Shown one piece after another: positions 23,999 to 24,000 of a stretch of 24,000 bases of DNA. Both the position numbers and the translations under genes were made by a program. Source of the stretch: Halorubrum sp. BV1 (GTDB lineage: Archaea > Halobacteriota > Halobacteria > Halobacteriales > Haloferacaceae); NCBI RefSeq assembly GCF_000746205.1, contig NZ_JQKV01000001.1, positions 143,652-167,651 of the forward strand, in the 5' to 3' direction. Positions within the stretch are counted from its first letter, which is position 1. Each line of letters opens with the position of its first letter. The notes under the pieces were generated by a model. The model saw only the letters and a program-made list of their open reading frames with translations. It was not told where the DNA came from and searched no databases.

Positions 23999-24000
23999 CG

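Noticed and set aside
1-24000. CRISPR arrays, rRNA and tRNA genes
   Set aside because: I saw no regularly spaced direct repeats of 25-40 nt in any intergenic region, no conserved rRNA sequence and no tRNA-like cloverleaf elements. This is a visual scan only; tRNAscan-SE or minced would be decisive.

Overview
The window looks haloarchaeal: acidic proteins, a PGF-CTERM sorting signal, HalX and Bat/HTH_10 domains, and TATA-like elements about 25-30 nt upstream of several start codons. It splits into two parts.

(1) Positions 1-8510 are a high-GC stretch of ordinary genes. These are a partial SCO1/SenC copper chaperone, a cold-shock protein, RadB, a 1209-aa S8 protease, a CBS protein with an HPF/RaiA-like tail, a HAD hydrolase and an SDR oxidoreductase.

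(2) From about 8.9 kb to the window end the region looks accessory. Its GC content is visibly lower and mosaic, and it carries an IS4-type transposase, a degraded second copy of that transposase, and a tyrosine integrase with a ribbon-helix-helix partner.

The core of part 2 is one long minus-strand operon (17567 down to 9058). It encodes a stressosome-type module: RsbR-like PAS-STAS, RsbS-like STAS, RsbT-like kinase, and an HATPase-SpoIIE/PP2C phosphatase. Overlapping stop and start codons couple the module genes, and the phosphatase gene overlaps the first of two downstream PAS/GAF histidine kinase genes. One kinase carries two complete transmitter modules. The operon ends in a disrupted REC-HalX response regulator. 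A PAS-GAF-BAT-HTH_10 regulator is transcribed divergently from the same 103-bp intergenic region.

Archaea have no sigma factors, so the canonical sigma-B output of a stressosome cannot apply. This stressosome-to-two-component wiring is the main candidate for a novel system. I found no rRNA, tRNA or CRISPR array by eye. Many long ORFs in the supplied track are antisense shadows of high-GC genes.
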